DNA from: Pseudovirgaria hyperparasitica
Lineage: Eukaryota
Strand: one strand, 5' to 3'
Length of the DNA: 64,000 nt
Assembly (NCBI GenBank): GCA_010093815.1
Contig: ML996576.1
Part shown: one piece after another, positions 1-11,954 of the stretch
Position numbering within the stretch: position 1 is the first letter of the stretch
Layout: every line of letters starts with the position of its first letter
Position numbers and translations under genes: made by a program
Notes under the pieces: generated by a model
Told to the model about the DNA's origin: nothing
Database searches by the model: none
The model's input: only the letters and a program-made list of their open reading frames with translations

Positions 1-70
1 GTAAAGGGGAAAAGACTTCAATAGATTGTCAGTAGGTGAGGCGAAGTGAGTGTTCCCTGAACCAGACTCG

Positions 71-1966
71 TCAAAGAGGAATCTCCACGTCATCTTTGAA
101 CGGCCAAGCTCGCATCCATTGACTTCTTTCTTCATCGTGGTACGCGTGGCGACGCAGAAAGTCTTCGCGATGACGGGCCAAGCGTTCTTTGTACAACGAG
201 TAATTGCTGTGATTCACCCACCCATTCCATCCCTGGTATGCTCCTATCTGCGTCAAACTCTCGTACATTAGCTCGACACCTTCGTTCCAACTCTCCTGAA
301 GACGTTGCTGGTGTGCCCTGTCATCGGGGGTATATGAAAGAGGGCATGCTGTCTCGGAGTTGGCACATGTCGTCCATTCATCCTGAAGTTGTATGAGCAT
401 GCCCTGGAGGACCGGCTCTCCGTCGCTGAAGATTGAGCTTGCTATACCGGTGATCTGACCGGGTAGAGTATCTCGAAAGCGCAATGCACGGGCAATGTCT
501 GGACACTGACGCAGCATGGAAATGTCGTAGAGTTTGTAGAGAGATTGAGCAGCCCGGAGGATCTTCGCCTGGTGTTGTTCATCCTCATTCAATTTGTCAA
601 AATCGTCAGGTAATTCTATGGGTTTTAGACCCTCTGGAATTGGCCCTTCAAACTCGATAAGAGAAGGATGTCGTGCTTGAAGGAAGAGCGGGGAGACATT
701 GACAGCTTGCCAATCAATCACGTTTAGGATTTTGGTCGGCTGGGAAGGGTCAACGAAGATGTTGTCGGCATGTAGATCGGAATGCCAGAGAACTGGCTTA
801 GAGAGATTTTCATCCTTGGGCAGAATCTGTGTTGCTACTTTCAAATAGTCTCGGAGGACTTTGATCTTCAGTTCTTTGGTCGGACGATACTGGTTGGGAC
901 CGTTGAACATCCCTTGCTGATTAGGGAATCTCGAGAATTTCTCAATGCATGCCAGCTCTCGATTGGCACGGGAAGAGATGAAATCGTTGATTGAAGACCC
1001 TATCACTCAGTCAGCTTGGGTCGAGCACGAGGGCGATGGTAAGGGGTGTTACAAGGCCCTCGCTTCGCTTCAACGTTGTATCTTCCTCCATCGAAGAATG
1101 CTCTATTGGTCGTTGGGCCGATCGCAAATGGCGCAACTTCACCTACCACATCTGTGGAATTGAGGAATTGACCCGAGCTTAGGTTAGGCAGATCCTTCGC
1201 ATAATACAAGCTCCCGTACATGGGTGAATTGACAGAATACATAGCTTTTTCGTAGCCAACCAATGACCTCACAATCTCAAACTTGTCTTTCCCAGGCATG
1301 TTTTCCCATATTTTGCCTAGCTCTATCCCTTTACTGCGTTCCATCAAAATATACTCTGCTCTAACAGGGTTGTCTGTTGAGGAGCAGTAGCCATATACCT
1401 GGGGTGCAGGAATGCCAAGGATGTTCCTAATCTTCAATGGCCTCATATTAGCGACTGCTAAACGTGACGCCTGGGATAACTCATACGTAGTCCATTGTAG
1501 CGACTTCACTGGCCGTTGTGAAGTGCGGCGGTCCAGCATTTGGATTTGGAATTTTAGCGATCAAATCTCGGCCATCATCAAATGTGATCAAAAAGACCTT
1601 GTTGAAGTTTCCTTCATGCAGCTTTTCGATTTCGACGCAAGACCGGCCTCCCATCGCCTTCGACGAGACTTGGAGGAGTCCAGGTAGGTTGAACCTGACA
1701 TAACGGCAGGCAAGCTGATCATGCTCATTCCAGAGCCATCGACCCGATGTATATCTGTAGAATTTCTCTAAGTCGTGGTCTCGAAAGTCGAGATTGTGTG
1801 AAGTAGTGGTGTGATAACTTGGGTGGGGCAACGTGGCCGAAGCCAATGGAGTCGACGAGCTGGAATAAGAAAAATTGTACCGAGACCAAGCAATTCGCAG
1901 GGAAGATTGTCCGAGACGCAATGTTGATGGACTACGAGACGCAGCATATGCAGCTAGAGACGACAT
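71..1966 (-). CDS. Phosphotransferase (APH/choline-kinase-like fold) family protein, AIM9-like, probably mitochondrial
   Basis: Three ORF pieces join via introns 1432-1486 and 1000-1052 (GT..CTAAT/CTGAC..AG). Motifs FYRYTSGRWLWNE, EGNFNKVF, TTASEVATMDY, LWHSDLHADNIFV and IDWQ. Ser/Arg-rich N-terminus resembles a targeting peptide. Confidence 0.85.
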
Positions 1967-2740
1967 GCTAGGAGCGATGGAGATGGAGTCACTGTGAGGA
2001 GAACGCAAAGCACAGTCAAATCTCGTTACAGGGGCACCCCGTTACAGCAATAATAAGCTCAGTACAAGGATATCATTCTCGTGAACGAAATTGATATACC
2101 GCCGTAGCATGAAGACTTGCAGCTAATAAGCATATCAGACAGGTCTTCTATATTATGAGTGTGATGTGCATGCTTGCAAGCTAAAAGCTGGGGCAACGAA
2201 ACAAGGTGCTATTGTATAAGAGCCAAGCAAGATGCTAGAAGGAATTTGAAACGATAAGACTTGGAATCTCTTTCAGTCCAGGGAATGCCTACTCACCAGG
2301 TGGAGCGATTCGGAGTTTTCGACCTGCTCAGCTGCGGACTAAATGAATCGCATATATTCGACTGGACGGTACGAGTCGCAAACTTTGATGTGAGGCGTCA
2401 AATAGCCTTAGAGAGATGTAGTGCAAGTGAGACGCCACGACGTGAGCGATCGTGGAGGGTTGGAAGAGTGTCTCGAGGCGCGTTTCTGGTGGTGGGAATT
2501 ATTTGATGGTTCAGTAATCGGGATGAAGGAGCATGAGTGATGGATAGTAATCAAAGAACGAGGACCCTAGTAGAGTGGGCACTGAAACAGAGATTGCGTA
2601 GGATAGCGGTGTCGACGTGGAAGATACATAATACACCCGCACAGTAAGACTCACGTTACGAAAACTTCTCGCTCGTATGCTGCCCTTGTCGTTGTTGTGG
2701 ATGATTAAAGGTGACTGAGACAGTGAAAGAGTTAGGATCC

Positions 2741-3907
2741 ATGGTTGCAGCGCCGCTCGCTCTAATGACTTCTCCTGTACGTATCACTCGACTGCTCCCT
2801 ATCCTGCCTGCGAAAACAATCCTGACGTCTTGTCCCGCCAAGAACACATTCCAACCCTTGATTGCAGACAAATTCTTCACGAATAGCATACTCTCTCGTC
2901 CACCTGGAGCTTTTCCTGAGCGCATCCCTTCGCAGACGTTCCCTGCGGAGGCAGATCGTTACCTACTCTACATCTACCCAGGATGTCCGTGGGCACAGCG
3001 GGCAAACATTACTCATAAGCTCAAAGGCCTGCAGGATGTCATTCAGGTTGTGGTTCTCGATAGTCTGGAGCCAGGGAAGGGATGGTGTTTCTCTGGTGAA
3101 GGCCAATTTGGCCACAGGAGGTGTCCCGTTTTTGGATGCAAGTACCTGAAGGAGATCTACGAGTTCGCAGCACCCTCGTACGACTGCCGTATCATGATTC
3201 CAGCATTACTGGACAAGCAGACCAGTGCGTCTATGATATATACAATGTTAGATATCCATATACTGACTGTTATTTAGAACGAATCGTGAGTAATAGCAGC
3301 GGCGAAATCACCCGCATGTTCATATCAGCATTCGACGACCTGCTACCCCTCGCTCGGCGAGAATCAAGCAAAGGCTCAGGAGGTCTCTTACCGGCACAGC
3401 TTCTAGCCCAGATAGACGACTTCAATGCTTTCGCATACGACTCCATCAATAACGGGGCTTATAAGACCGGCTTTTCCTCTTGCCAGAAGTCATATACTGA
3501 AAATGTGACCCGGCTTTTCGACGGACTAGACCGAGTAGAGGCGCTGCTTTCACAGCCAGGTCACTCTCCATATCTCTTTGGATCCCACGTCACCGAGGCT
3601 GACATTCGGTTGTTCCCTGCGATTGTCAGATTCGATGTTGTCTACCATACGCTCTTCAAATGCAACCTCAAGATGATAAGGTACGACTATCCGCGCATAC
3701 ATGCCTGGCTTCGGAGACTCTACTGGGATGAGAGTACCTCGCATGCATTCAAGGACACGACATATATGCAAATTGTAAGTCTGTTGTATTGAGGAATCGA
3801 GCCTCGAGTACTGACGACTGTAGATTCGCGAAGGCTATACGAGAGCTGCTGGAGAGACCATCGTACCTATCGGTCCACTACCCGACGTCGTTCCTCTCTC
3901 TCCGTGA
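2741..3907 (+). CDS. Glutathionyl-hydroquinone reductase / Xi-class (ECM4-like) glutathione transferase
   Basis: Catalytic CPWA motif (RYLLYIYPGCPWAQR), plus SINNGAYKTGF and TEADIRLFPAIVRFDVVYHTLFKCN. Introns 3225-3277 and 3775-3823; last exon ends ..PDVVPLSP-TGA at 3907. Start codon choice is uncertain. Confidence 0.85.
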
Positions 3908-4286
3908 CGCTATGCGAGCGATTGAAGCCTGCTCTCACAGCGATTCCGTCTGATCCCACTTGCATATACAACGGCGTTCGGTGGCTTTTTCATGAGACTA
4001 TTCCTACCATGCATGCATAGTTACTAGCGGTTGCATTCGCGGGCATTTTCTTTTTATGAGCACAAGATATCCATGTAGTATCCAGGAATATAGATCGTTC
4101 ATTCATTGTGACAACATTCCCGAATCTGCCTTTGCGGTAATTTATGCGCCGGGCGCGGAACGCTCCGCATCCACCGGTCCACTTCTCCCCCGGATCCCCG
4201 CCAAAACTTTCCCGCAGCTGCAGCTGGCTCAAAACTCCTCAACACGACAGTCACAGTCGCATTCAGTCCGATGTATAGTACACAAT

Positions 4287-5231
4287 ATGCCCTCCCGCCG
4301 TCCTAAACTTCTTTCTTCCTCCCGGCCACGCCCTCTGAACCGAATTGCCAAAGCTACCTCTCGCACTCCTACTCTGTCCGCGAAAAAAGGCCGCTCCCTA
4401 ATCCGTGCCTTCCACACTCTGCGTAAACAGCATGCTGCCGCTCTCGTAGCCGGTGACGGGAAAAAAGCCACCGAATATGAGGCACAAATGGACGCTCTCG
4501 GAGGACTGGAAGCCTACCAGAAGGCGAGCCTGAACGGGCAAGGCAAAGAGAGGGGAGGCGATTCAAGTGGTGTGCTTGTGGGATGGTTGAGCAAAGGCGC
4601 TGCTACGGAACTAGGGAGTGGAACCGGGAAGAGAAAGAGGGCAGCAGACCCAAATGGTGTCGAGAAGCAGAGAAATGTGAGGAGGGTCTTGGAGGTCGGC
4701 TGTCTTTCCACGACGAACGCGGTTTCGAAAATGCGTGGTGTACACATGGATCGACTGGATCTGCATTCTCAGGATGCGCAGATTGAGCAGCAGGACTTTA
4801 TGCAACGGCCCATACCGACAGACGAGAGCAAAAAGTATGATGTGGTCAGTTTAAGCTTGGTTCTGAACTATGTACCCGACGCAGAAGGGAAAGGGGAGAT
4901 GCTCAGACGGACGTGTGAATTTCTCAGGAAGCCTAATCATGAAGTCCAAGAAGAGGAAGAGGAGGCTAATACCGAAGAAGAGTTATATCCGTGTCTCTTC
5001 CTTGTCCTACCTGCGCCGTGCGTACACAACTCTCGATATCTAGATGAGGCACATTTGGCCCGTATCATGAATAGTTTAGGCTATAGCCTGATACGGCAAA
5101 AGCTATCATCCAAGCTCACATACACACTTTGGCGATGGGACGGCTGGGAAGCCTCAAGTAAACAGAAGTTCAACAAGGAAGAGCTCAAGCCCGGCGGCGC
5201 ACGGAATAACTTTTGTATCGTTCTGAAATAG
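4287..5231 (+). CDS. BMT2: 25S rRNA (adenine-N1)-methyltransferase Bmt2
   Basis: Intronless ORF from ATG 4287. Motifs LGGLEAYQKAS, RGGDSS, VLEVGCLS, IEQQDFMQRPIP, SLSLVLNYVP, FLVLPAPCVHNSRY and C-terminal RNNFCIVL. Confidence 0.88.
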   Translation: MPSRRPKLLSSSRPRPLNRIAKATSRTPTLSAKKGRSLIRAFHTLRKQHAAALVAGDGKKATEYEAQMDALGGLEAYQKASLNGQGKERGGDSSGVLVGWLSKGAATELGSGTGKRKRAADPNGVEKQRNVRRVLEVGCLSTTNAVSKMRGVHMDRLDLHSQDAQIEQQDFMQRPIPTDESKKYDVVSLSLVLNYVPDAEGKGEMLRRTCEFLRKPNHEVQEEEEEANTEEELYPCLFLVLPAPCVHNSRYLDEAHLARIMNSLGYSLIRQKLSSKLTYTLWRWDGWEASSKQKFNKEELKPGGARNNFCIVLK

Positions 5232-5266
5232 TCTCGATACACGCCGCTCGGATTAGCATTATATGA

Positions 5267-6482
5267 TTATTGCTTGTTTCCCGCTCTCGCTGTCCCCTTC
5301 ACACTCAGCGCTCCTTCTGCATTTTCTGCCCACAGCTCGTACTTGCCATCTCCCAGATCCTTGCCGCATACCTTGACCTCCTCATTACAGTACAACGGCG
5401 CGAGGTTGCGATACTCGAAAAACTCAATTGCTTTTCCTGTACCCTGAAGCTGTGCCTCTAATTGCGTCATCAGAAGCGTGAGGGATAGCGGGCCATGGAA
5501 GAGCAAGTCGCGATGGCCTTCTACTTCACGACAGTATTGAGGGTCGAGATGTATGCGGTGTGCATTAAACGTGAGGGCAGAGTAGCGGAAGAGCAGCGCA
5601 GGCGTCGGCGTGAAGGCATACGAAAAGTCAGGGGCATGTTGTGCTACACAAGCCATCAGCTTTCATTTCCCGGTCTCTCTCATCATAACATAGCTGGAAC
5701 AAGCGCAACTCACCTCTCAATATCTTGGTAGTCTTAGTCTCACTAGCCTTCCTCGCCTCCTCAGGACTCCTCTCTCTCATGAACACAATGTTCCTCCGCT
5801 CAACCAACTCCGCCTCGCCCAAATCCTCCTCAGTCTCCCTCCACAACCGCTGCCTGATCTCATCCTCACCCTCGCCTGGCACCCGCCGCCGCCCACTCCC
5901 AAACCGCCTCTCGATGCCCACAAACACCTTCTCCTCCCCGTCCTTGCCCTTGACTCGCACATCCCTGATCCCCTCGAGACACACCCCCGGTGGCTGCGCA
6001 TGATGCCCGGAACAGCCCGCAAACCTGAGCCGCGGGCCACCCTTGCCAAAATTCAGATACCCGCCCGCCCACATGCGCCGCACAAATGGCGGGCCGGGAC
6101 TTTGCAGTGGGTCTGTGCCATCGGCCAGCAAGCGATCCGCGGGAATGGCAGGGTTGAAGTAGACCAGATGGTGTGCTGGTGGGAGCAGCTCTGCAGCAGC
6201 ACCAGCAGGCGGCGCGTCGGCGTCGGCGTCGGCGTCGGCGGGTGGTAGCGGTGGAGGGAACGCTGTTGTGTTTGTCCAGTGGGATGGCAGACAGGCGCTG
6301 AGGGCGATCTGGAGTTTATGCGAGTTGTCGGGGGCGAGAGAGTCGTAGATCAGGGGGATTTTGCGGGCGCAGAGCTCGGCGTTGAGATGGGAGAGGTCGG
6401 AGGTGAAGCGGCGTGTGAAGAGCGAGAGGGAGTTGCGAAGGAGAGACGTGGGCAGGCGGCGGGAGAGACTTGTCGAGGCCAT
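5267..6482 (-). CDS. HTD2: Mitochondrial hydroxyacyl-thioester dehydratase type 2 / mesaconyl-C4-CoA hydratase-like double hot-dog protein
   Basis: Motifs HHLVYFNP, PFVRRMWAGG, LLFRYSALTFNAHRIH and LLFHGPL. Intron 5644-5713 (GTGAGT..GCTGAT..TAG). Arg/Ser/Leu-rich presequence. Confidence 0.8.
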
Positions 6483-6885
6483 TGTTATAGGATGGATTGT
6501 GAGGGAGCAAGCGCAACAAAAGAGAATTATAGAAGCGTTAATTGGAGTTTCCGCGTCTCCATATATACATCTATACATACACACAGTAACCGATTTGCGA
6601 CCTCGGGTTTCGCGTGCAGGGGAGCTTTGGGTTGGAACAGGGATGAGGTCATGCCACTGTGGCTGATGCATGTCTTATTGCCGCCTTATAACCGGACTCA
6701 TATATAGTAGCCTTGGGAAGACGGTAATCTGTTTGCGCCCTATGCTTATACTGTGTCGATGCGATAGTATCACCACATATCATGTGATATACTTGATATA
6801 TCGGCATACATTGTATATATATGCGCATAGACTATTGGTTACAATAGCACTAATATCAACAACATAGCCTCCCTGAGTCCACACG

Positions 6886-9183
6886 TCATGCGCCAATTAA
6901 GTCCTTGGGCAAGCATGCAAATACTGTGCTCACGACCGCCATGATCACGGACACAATAAGTAAAGTCCAATCAAACGCCTTGTCCCTACGTCGCATCTCC
7001 TTGCCAAACAGTTTCAAGTGGAACGCCAGCGGCAAAATGATGCAGATTGTGAAACATGCAATAGCGCCAAGTAAGGTCATGATGCGATCAAAACTTGGGA
7101 AAACGATCGCAATGAGGACAAAGACAATGTACATGATGACCCGGATAGTGATCATGAGGAGGCCGCGGTTCCAGCCGGACATACCGGCCATTGAAGGGGT
7201 GGACGCGATTGCTCGAGAATCGATGCCACAGAAGATCTCCACGGTGCTGATGATCGGCCGAGCGTTTAGAGGGACTTTAGTAAGCGGAATAATGGCAATA
7301 CAAATTGCGAGGATAACCGAGAGTCCGGCAGGATAACCAGAGGTCATGAAAATATTGGAAGTAATCTCATCTCGTACATCCTCGCCGAACATAAGGATTC
7401 CTATGACAGCCATGCCGAGATCAAGAAGGAGCTATGTTGTTAGCTTGGTGGCATCGCGAGTGATATGTAGACACTTACTGTGAAGCTATATGTGATGTTG
7501 ATGGCTTTTCTGTATTTATATGAATGACGCATATCCCTGTAAATGTTTGGAAAAACACTGTGACCACCCCATGGTGCTAAGACGTTGGTTAGAGATATAC
7601 TTGGTTCTTTTATTGTCTATACGTACACATCAATAGCCCAAAACTCAGAGGAATGGTTAGCCAGTTCTCTGGGAACAGGTACTGTTGAGCTGGTTCAAGA
7701 AGTGATCCTGGTTGTTCTGGTTTGATCAGACCATCCACGACAAGTATGAGGAATACTGAAATGTTGTTAGGACCTGCTGCGGTGATCTAATTATGAGATT
7801 CTTACTTGAAAGACAACACAGTATACCTAGAATACTGGTAAAGCTCAGGAGTCGTAACGGGAGGAATCCGATTGGGATCAAGATCAAACCACAAAGAATC
7901 TTCCATCCAGTAACACCCCAGCCAGGAATAAGGGCATTGAGAGAGTCAGCGAACAGAATGATCAGTGCTACACAAGCTGCAATCAGCTCTAGGCTGAACA
8001 GAATGCTTGTAGCAATCCTGGCTTTCTTGCCAAACGAGACAAACGCAAGATCCGCGAATGTTATTAGCGAATTATCCACATCCAAGCATTTGGCAAGGAG
8101 TTTCGCCGTGTATGCCGTTGCGACGGCTGAATAAGTGAAAAAGATGAGTCCAATCAGCAGCCCAGAGTATTTCAGAGCCAGGGGCAAGCTCAATAGTCCA
8201 ACCCCAATGAGCACGTTGACAGAATTAAATATGGTCTGTAGTTATGCTGTTAGTATGGACGGGACTTTTAGCGCCTCTAACAAATCAAAATACTTACTTG
8301 TGGTAATGTTGACTGTCCAACCACAACATTGATGATTTGGCCATCTTCTTCCACCTGCTTCACGAGAAGAGGTTCACGTTGCTCGTCAGGCTCGGTCACG
8401 CCTTTGAGTTGTTGTTCGGTGAATAGTCTTCCAGCATGCATCTTTGCGGAGTCATTGATACGAGAGCCAAGACTCCCATACATGGTCCCATAACTTCCGC
8501 CAAAAGGCGACGACAGCGAAGGCTCGATAGAAAAAATGCTTTCGTCTCGAATTCTTCTCCTTTCATCTCCTGAGACATGCAAGAGACCGGAAGTCTCGAC
8601 TGTCGACTCGTCATCTTCGACTGCATGGTCTGTGGCGCCTTCATTAGAGGCCCGCCGTCCTTCCTCTTCTAGAGCAGAGCGTAGAAGCGAGCGGTAGCTT
8701 CGCGGTCCAGTCTCTGCGGTCGGTGTGTCCACATCATCTTGCTGTGTATCATCATCGTCCCCAGTATCAGATATACGAAACGAATTCCGCACATGGGTGA
8801 TCTCGTGGAAACCAACGGCGCGCTGCCAGGAACGGGCAAAATTGTTCAAGGAGTTGACACCACCTGCATCAGCAAGGTTCTGTATGCGCATAGACAGGGA
8901 GGACCTGTAGAAAGTTTCCTGTTAGTGTTTGATCCGTTTGATGGAGTGAGAATTCTCCTCAGCCCCTTTCGACACGCGAAAGAGTGGGCTCTGGGAGCTC
9001 TCACCTTCTATGCCTTAATTGACCGTTGTGATCGGTCATATGTGGCGATTCAGTTCTAGATGCGCGTCCGGGTCGCTCAGAGCTCTCGTCCCATTGTATG
9101 TGACTGCCAGTAGAGCTAAAGGAACCATAGCGGCCCTGTTCGTAGTCCTTGATGGTGTTTGACCTCTTGTCATTAATATCCAT
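6886..9183 (-). CDS. Vacuolar amino acid transporter (Aa_trans family, AVT1-like)
   Basis: Multi-exon gene. Long hydrophilic N-terminus (GGVNSLNNFARSWQRAVGF), then GQSTLPQ/NVLIGVGLLSLP, GGHSVFPNIYRDMRH and multiple TM segments. Confidence 0.85.
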
Positions 9184-10403
9184 GGCCAATCTAAAGCACC
9201 GCAGAGGTGTAGCTGGTTGTGCACTGTCAAGGAGAAGGTAGAGCGAGTCGCGACAAAAATTTCGAGATGATAAAGAGTGAGATTACGAGAGCTAGGTAGG
9301 GCTATCTATCCTGCCACGGTAATTGTGGGGTCGTACTGCAATTGGGCATGCGAGCAAGGAAGAGTTGGGACGAGTGGAGCAGATATGTGGTGAAGAGGAG
9401 CTGGTCTTAAAGGAGAGGGCAAATGAGGATGTGCAAAGCAGATTAAGTTTGAAGACACAGAAAAGAGAAGGGAGAGTGTTGAGGGCCGAGGAGGACTTGG
9501 GCGGAGAAGGGGTGAGGAAGCTTGGGAAGGTCATGAGAGCGAGCGTAATCGTGAGATTGATATCGCAGCCGATCGACGGTTCAGATTGCTATCTAACGGC
9601 CCGTTTTAGCATGACATCTGGCGGCGCACCAATCAGCTATGGATTAGGCTCTGGAATCTGAGCACCAGTCACTCACCCATGGATGCAGATGTTGTAGTGT
9701 CGGATATCAAGCAAGAAGATTTCGTGATTCTGTAGAGGGACCACTAGGCGCAGTGGTACGTAGAGAGTAGTAAGTAGGAGCTGGTGCACCTGCAGCAATT
9801 ACGGTACCTCCCTAGTACCTTACCTAAGGAAAGACGTACCTATCAGCAGGACTAATAATTGCTGCCCCAGGTGCCCCCGCGAGGTCTGCATGGTAAATTC
9901 GCGCTGCCCGGCCCTGCCCCCCCCAAAAAAACTGGCCTCCCGCCCCCCCCCGCTGCCGTCACAACAGGATTTTCCGTAGGCGCCACGGTATCTTCAGCCC
10001 TTCTAGAACGGCGGATGTGCTGCTGTGATTAACAGAAGGATAATGCTGGTTTCTGATTCATAGGTACAATGACCTAGATTGACTGCAATCATTATTCTGA
10101 CTCCAACTCCTGACTGCTGCCCCCTCATAAGCAGCCGCCACAGGAGCCCACTGAGGTCATTGGCTGTGGCTGGGCTGGGTTGCTGGACTGGGTTGGACTG
10201 CGGGACTCGTGACTGGAAGCGAAAACACACCGCCGCTAAACTCGTAGCCGTACCCCTCGTCGCTCTACATGATACACACTGGCCTCTCCACAAAATTTCC
10301 CTTCTTTTCAACACATTCGTGTCTTGTCCGCTTCTGCGCCAACGACACTACTCTTACCTGCGTCGAGCATCTTTGGAAGTAGGTTTATCTGTACCTGCCC
10401 GAG

Positions 10404-11877
10404 ATGAGCGCACCGCCGCAGGGGCAAGGCGCTGACGCCGAAAAAAATATCGAGATATGGAAGGTCAAGAAACTGATCAAACGTCTCGAAGCCGCTCGTG
10501 GTAATGGAACCTCCATGATCTCGCTCATCATCCGTATGTGTCCATTCACTCTAGTCTGCATACACTTTCCCTAACAGCACACAGCACCCAAGGACCAGAT
10601 CCCCCGTGCGGCAAAGATGTTGGCTGAAGAATACGTGCGTTTGAACGACACATGCATGCCCAATAAAATACATACTGATATGATATAGGGCACGGCATCT
10701 AACATCAAATCCCGCGTCAATCGTCTCTCGGTTCTATCCGCCATCACATCCACCCAGCAGCGTCTCAAATTATACTCAAAAGTACCCCCCAACGGCCTTG
10801 TCATATATTGCGGTGAAATTATTACTTCTGAGGGAAAGGAGCGGAAGATTAACATCGATTTTGAGCCCTTCAAGCCCATCAACACTTCGTTATATCTTTG
10901 CGACAACAAGTTCCATACTGAAGCGCTGAGCGAGTTGCTGGAGTCGGACCAGAAGTTCGGATTCATCATTATGGACGGTAACGGAGCGCTCTTTGGTACT
11001 TTGAGCGGAAATACTCGTGATATTGTTCACAAGTTCTCCGTTGATTTACCAAAAAAGCACGGCCGTGGTGGGCAGTCTGCACTCCGTTTCGCACGTCTTC
11101 GTGAAGAGAAGCGTCACAATTACGTTCGCAAGGTCGCTGAGTTAGCCGTCCAGAACTTCATCACTGCGGACAAAGTGAACGTGGCCGGTCTCATTCTTGC
11201 TGGATCCGCCGATTTCAAGAACGACCTCAATCAGTCTGATATGTTCGACAACCGCCTCCAGTCCAAAGTCATCAAGGTCGTCGATGTCTCGTACGGTGGT
11301 GAAAACGGATTCAATCAAGCCATTGAGCTATCAGGAGAGACGCTGAGTAACGTCAAGTTCATCCAGGAAAAGAAACTTATCAATAAGTACTTCGACGAGA
11401 TCAGTCAGGACACAGGTAAGGTCTGTTATGGTGTCGAGGATACCTTGAAGGCGCTCGACGCTGGTGCCGCGGAAACCCTCATCGTATTCGAGAATCTCGA
11501 GATCACTCGATGGACGCTCAAGAGTTCAGAAGGGACAGAGATCATTTTGCATACAAACAAGCTTCAGGAATCCGATCGTTCGCTGTTTATGGACAAAGAG
11601 ACCGGACAGGAAATGGAGATTGCCGACCAGATGCCATTCCTTGAATGGCTTGCAGAAAAGTACCGTGATTTTGGCGCCACTCTTGAGTTTGTATCCGATA
11701 GGTCCAGTGAGGGCAACCAATTCGTCAAGGGATTCGGTGGCATAGGTGCCATTCTGCGATACAAGCTCAACTTTGAGCAGCTCGCAGACTTCGACGACGA
11801 CGAAGATGAATTTTATGATGGTAAGTATAGCTTTCGAATTTTGAGTAGATCCAGTTTCTAACGAATGACAAGATTGA
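10404..11877 (+). CDS. SUP45: Eukaryotic peptide chain release factor 1 (eRF1)
   Basis: Motifs [41 protein letters not shown] and GRGGQS. Introns 10534-10584, 10635-10688 and 11821-11872; spliced C-terminus ..EDEFYDD-TGA (11875-11877). Confidence 0.97.
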
Positions 11878-11897
11878 CGATTTCGCACCCTCGCAAT

Positions 11898-11954
11898 GAG
11901 CGAGGAAGCACCCCAGGGGCTCGCCGCGTCAGGCCCTGGGAGCATTCCTCGCTC
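11898..11954 (+). promoter_or_regulatory. Predicted stem-loop 20 nt downstream of the eRF1 stop codon
   Basis: GAGCGAGGAA (11898-11907) is the exact reverse complement of TTCCTCGCTC (11945-11954); the inner stem is CCCAGGG/CCCTGGG. Confidence 0.6.

Noticed and set aside
71..2008. Split ORFs here and in the GST, peroxygenase, tyrosinase, VPS45 and LSC1 genes as frameshifted pseudogenes
   Set aside because: The breaks examined coincide with canonical GT..branch..AG introns that restore the frame.
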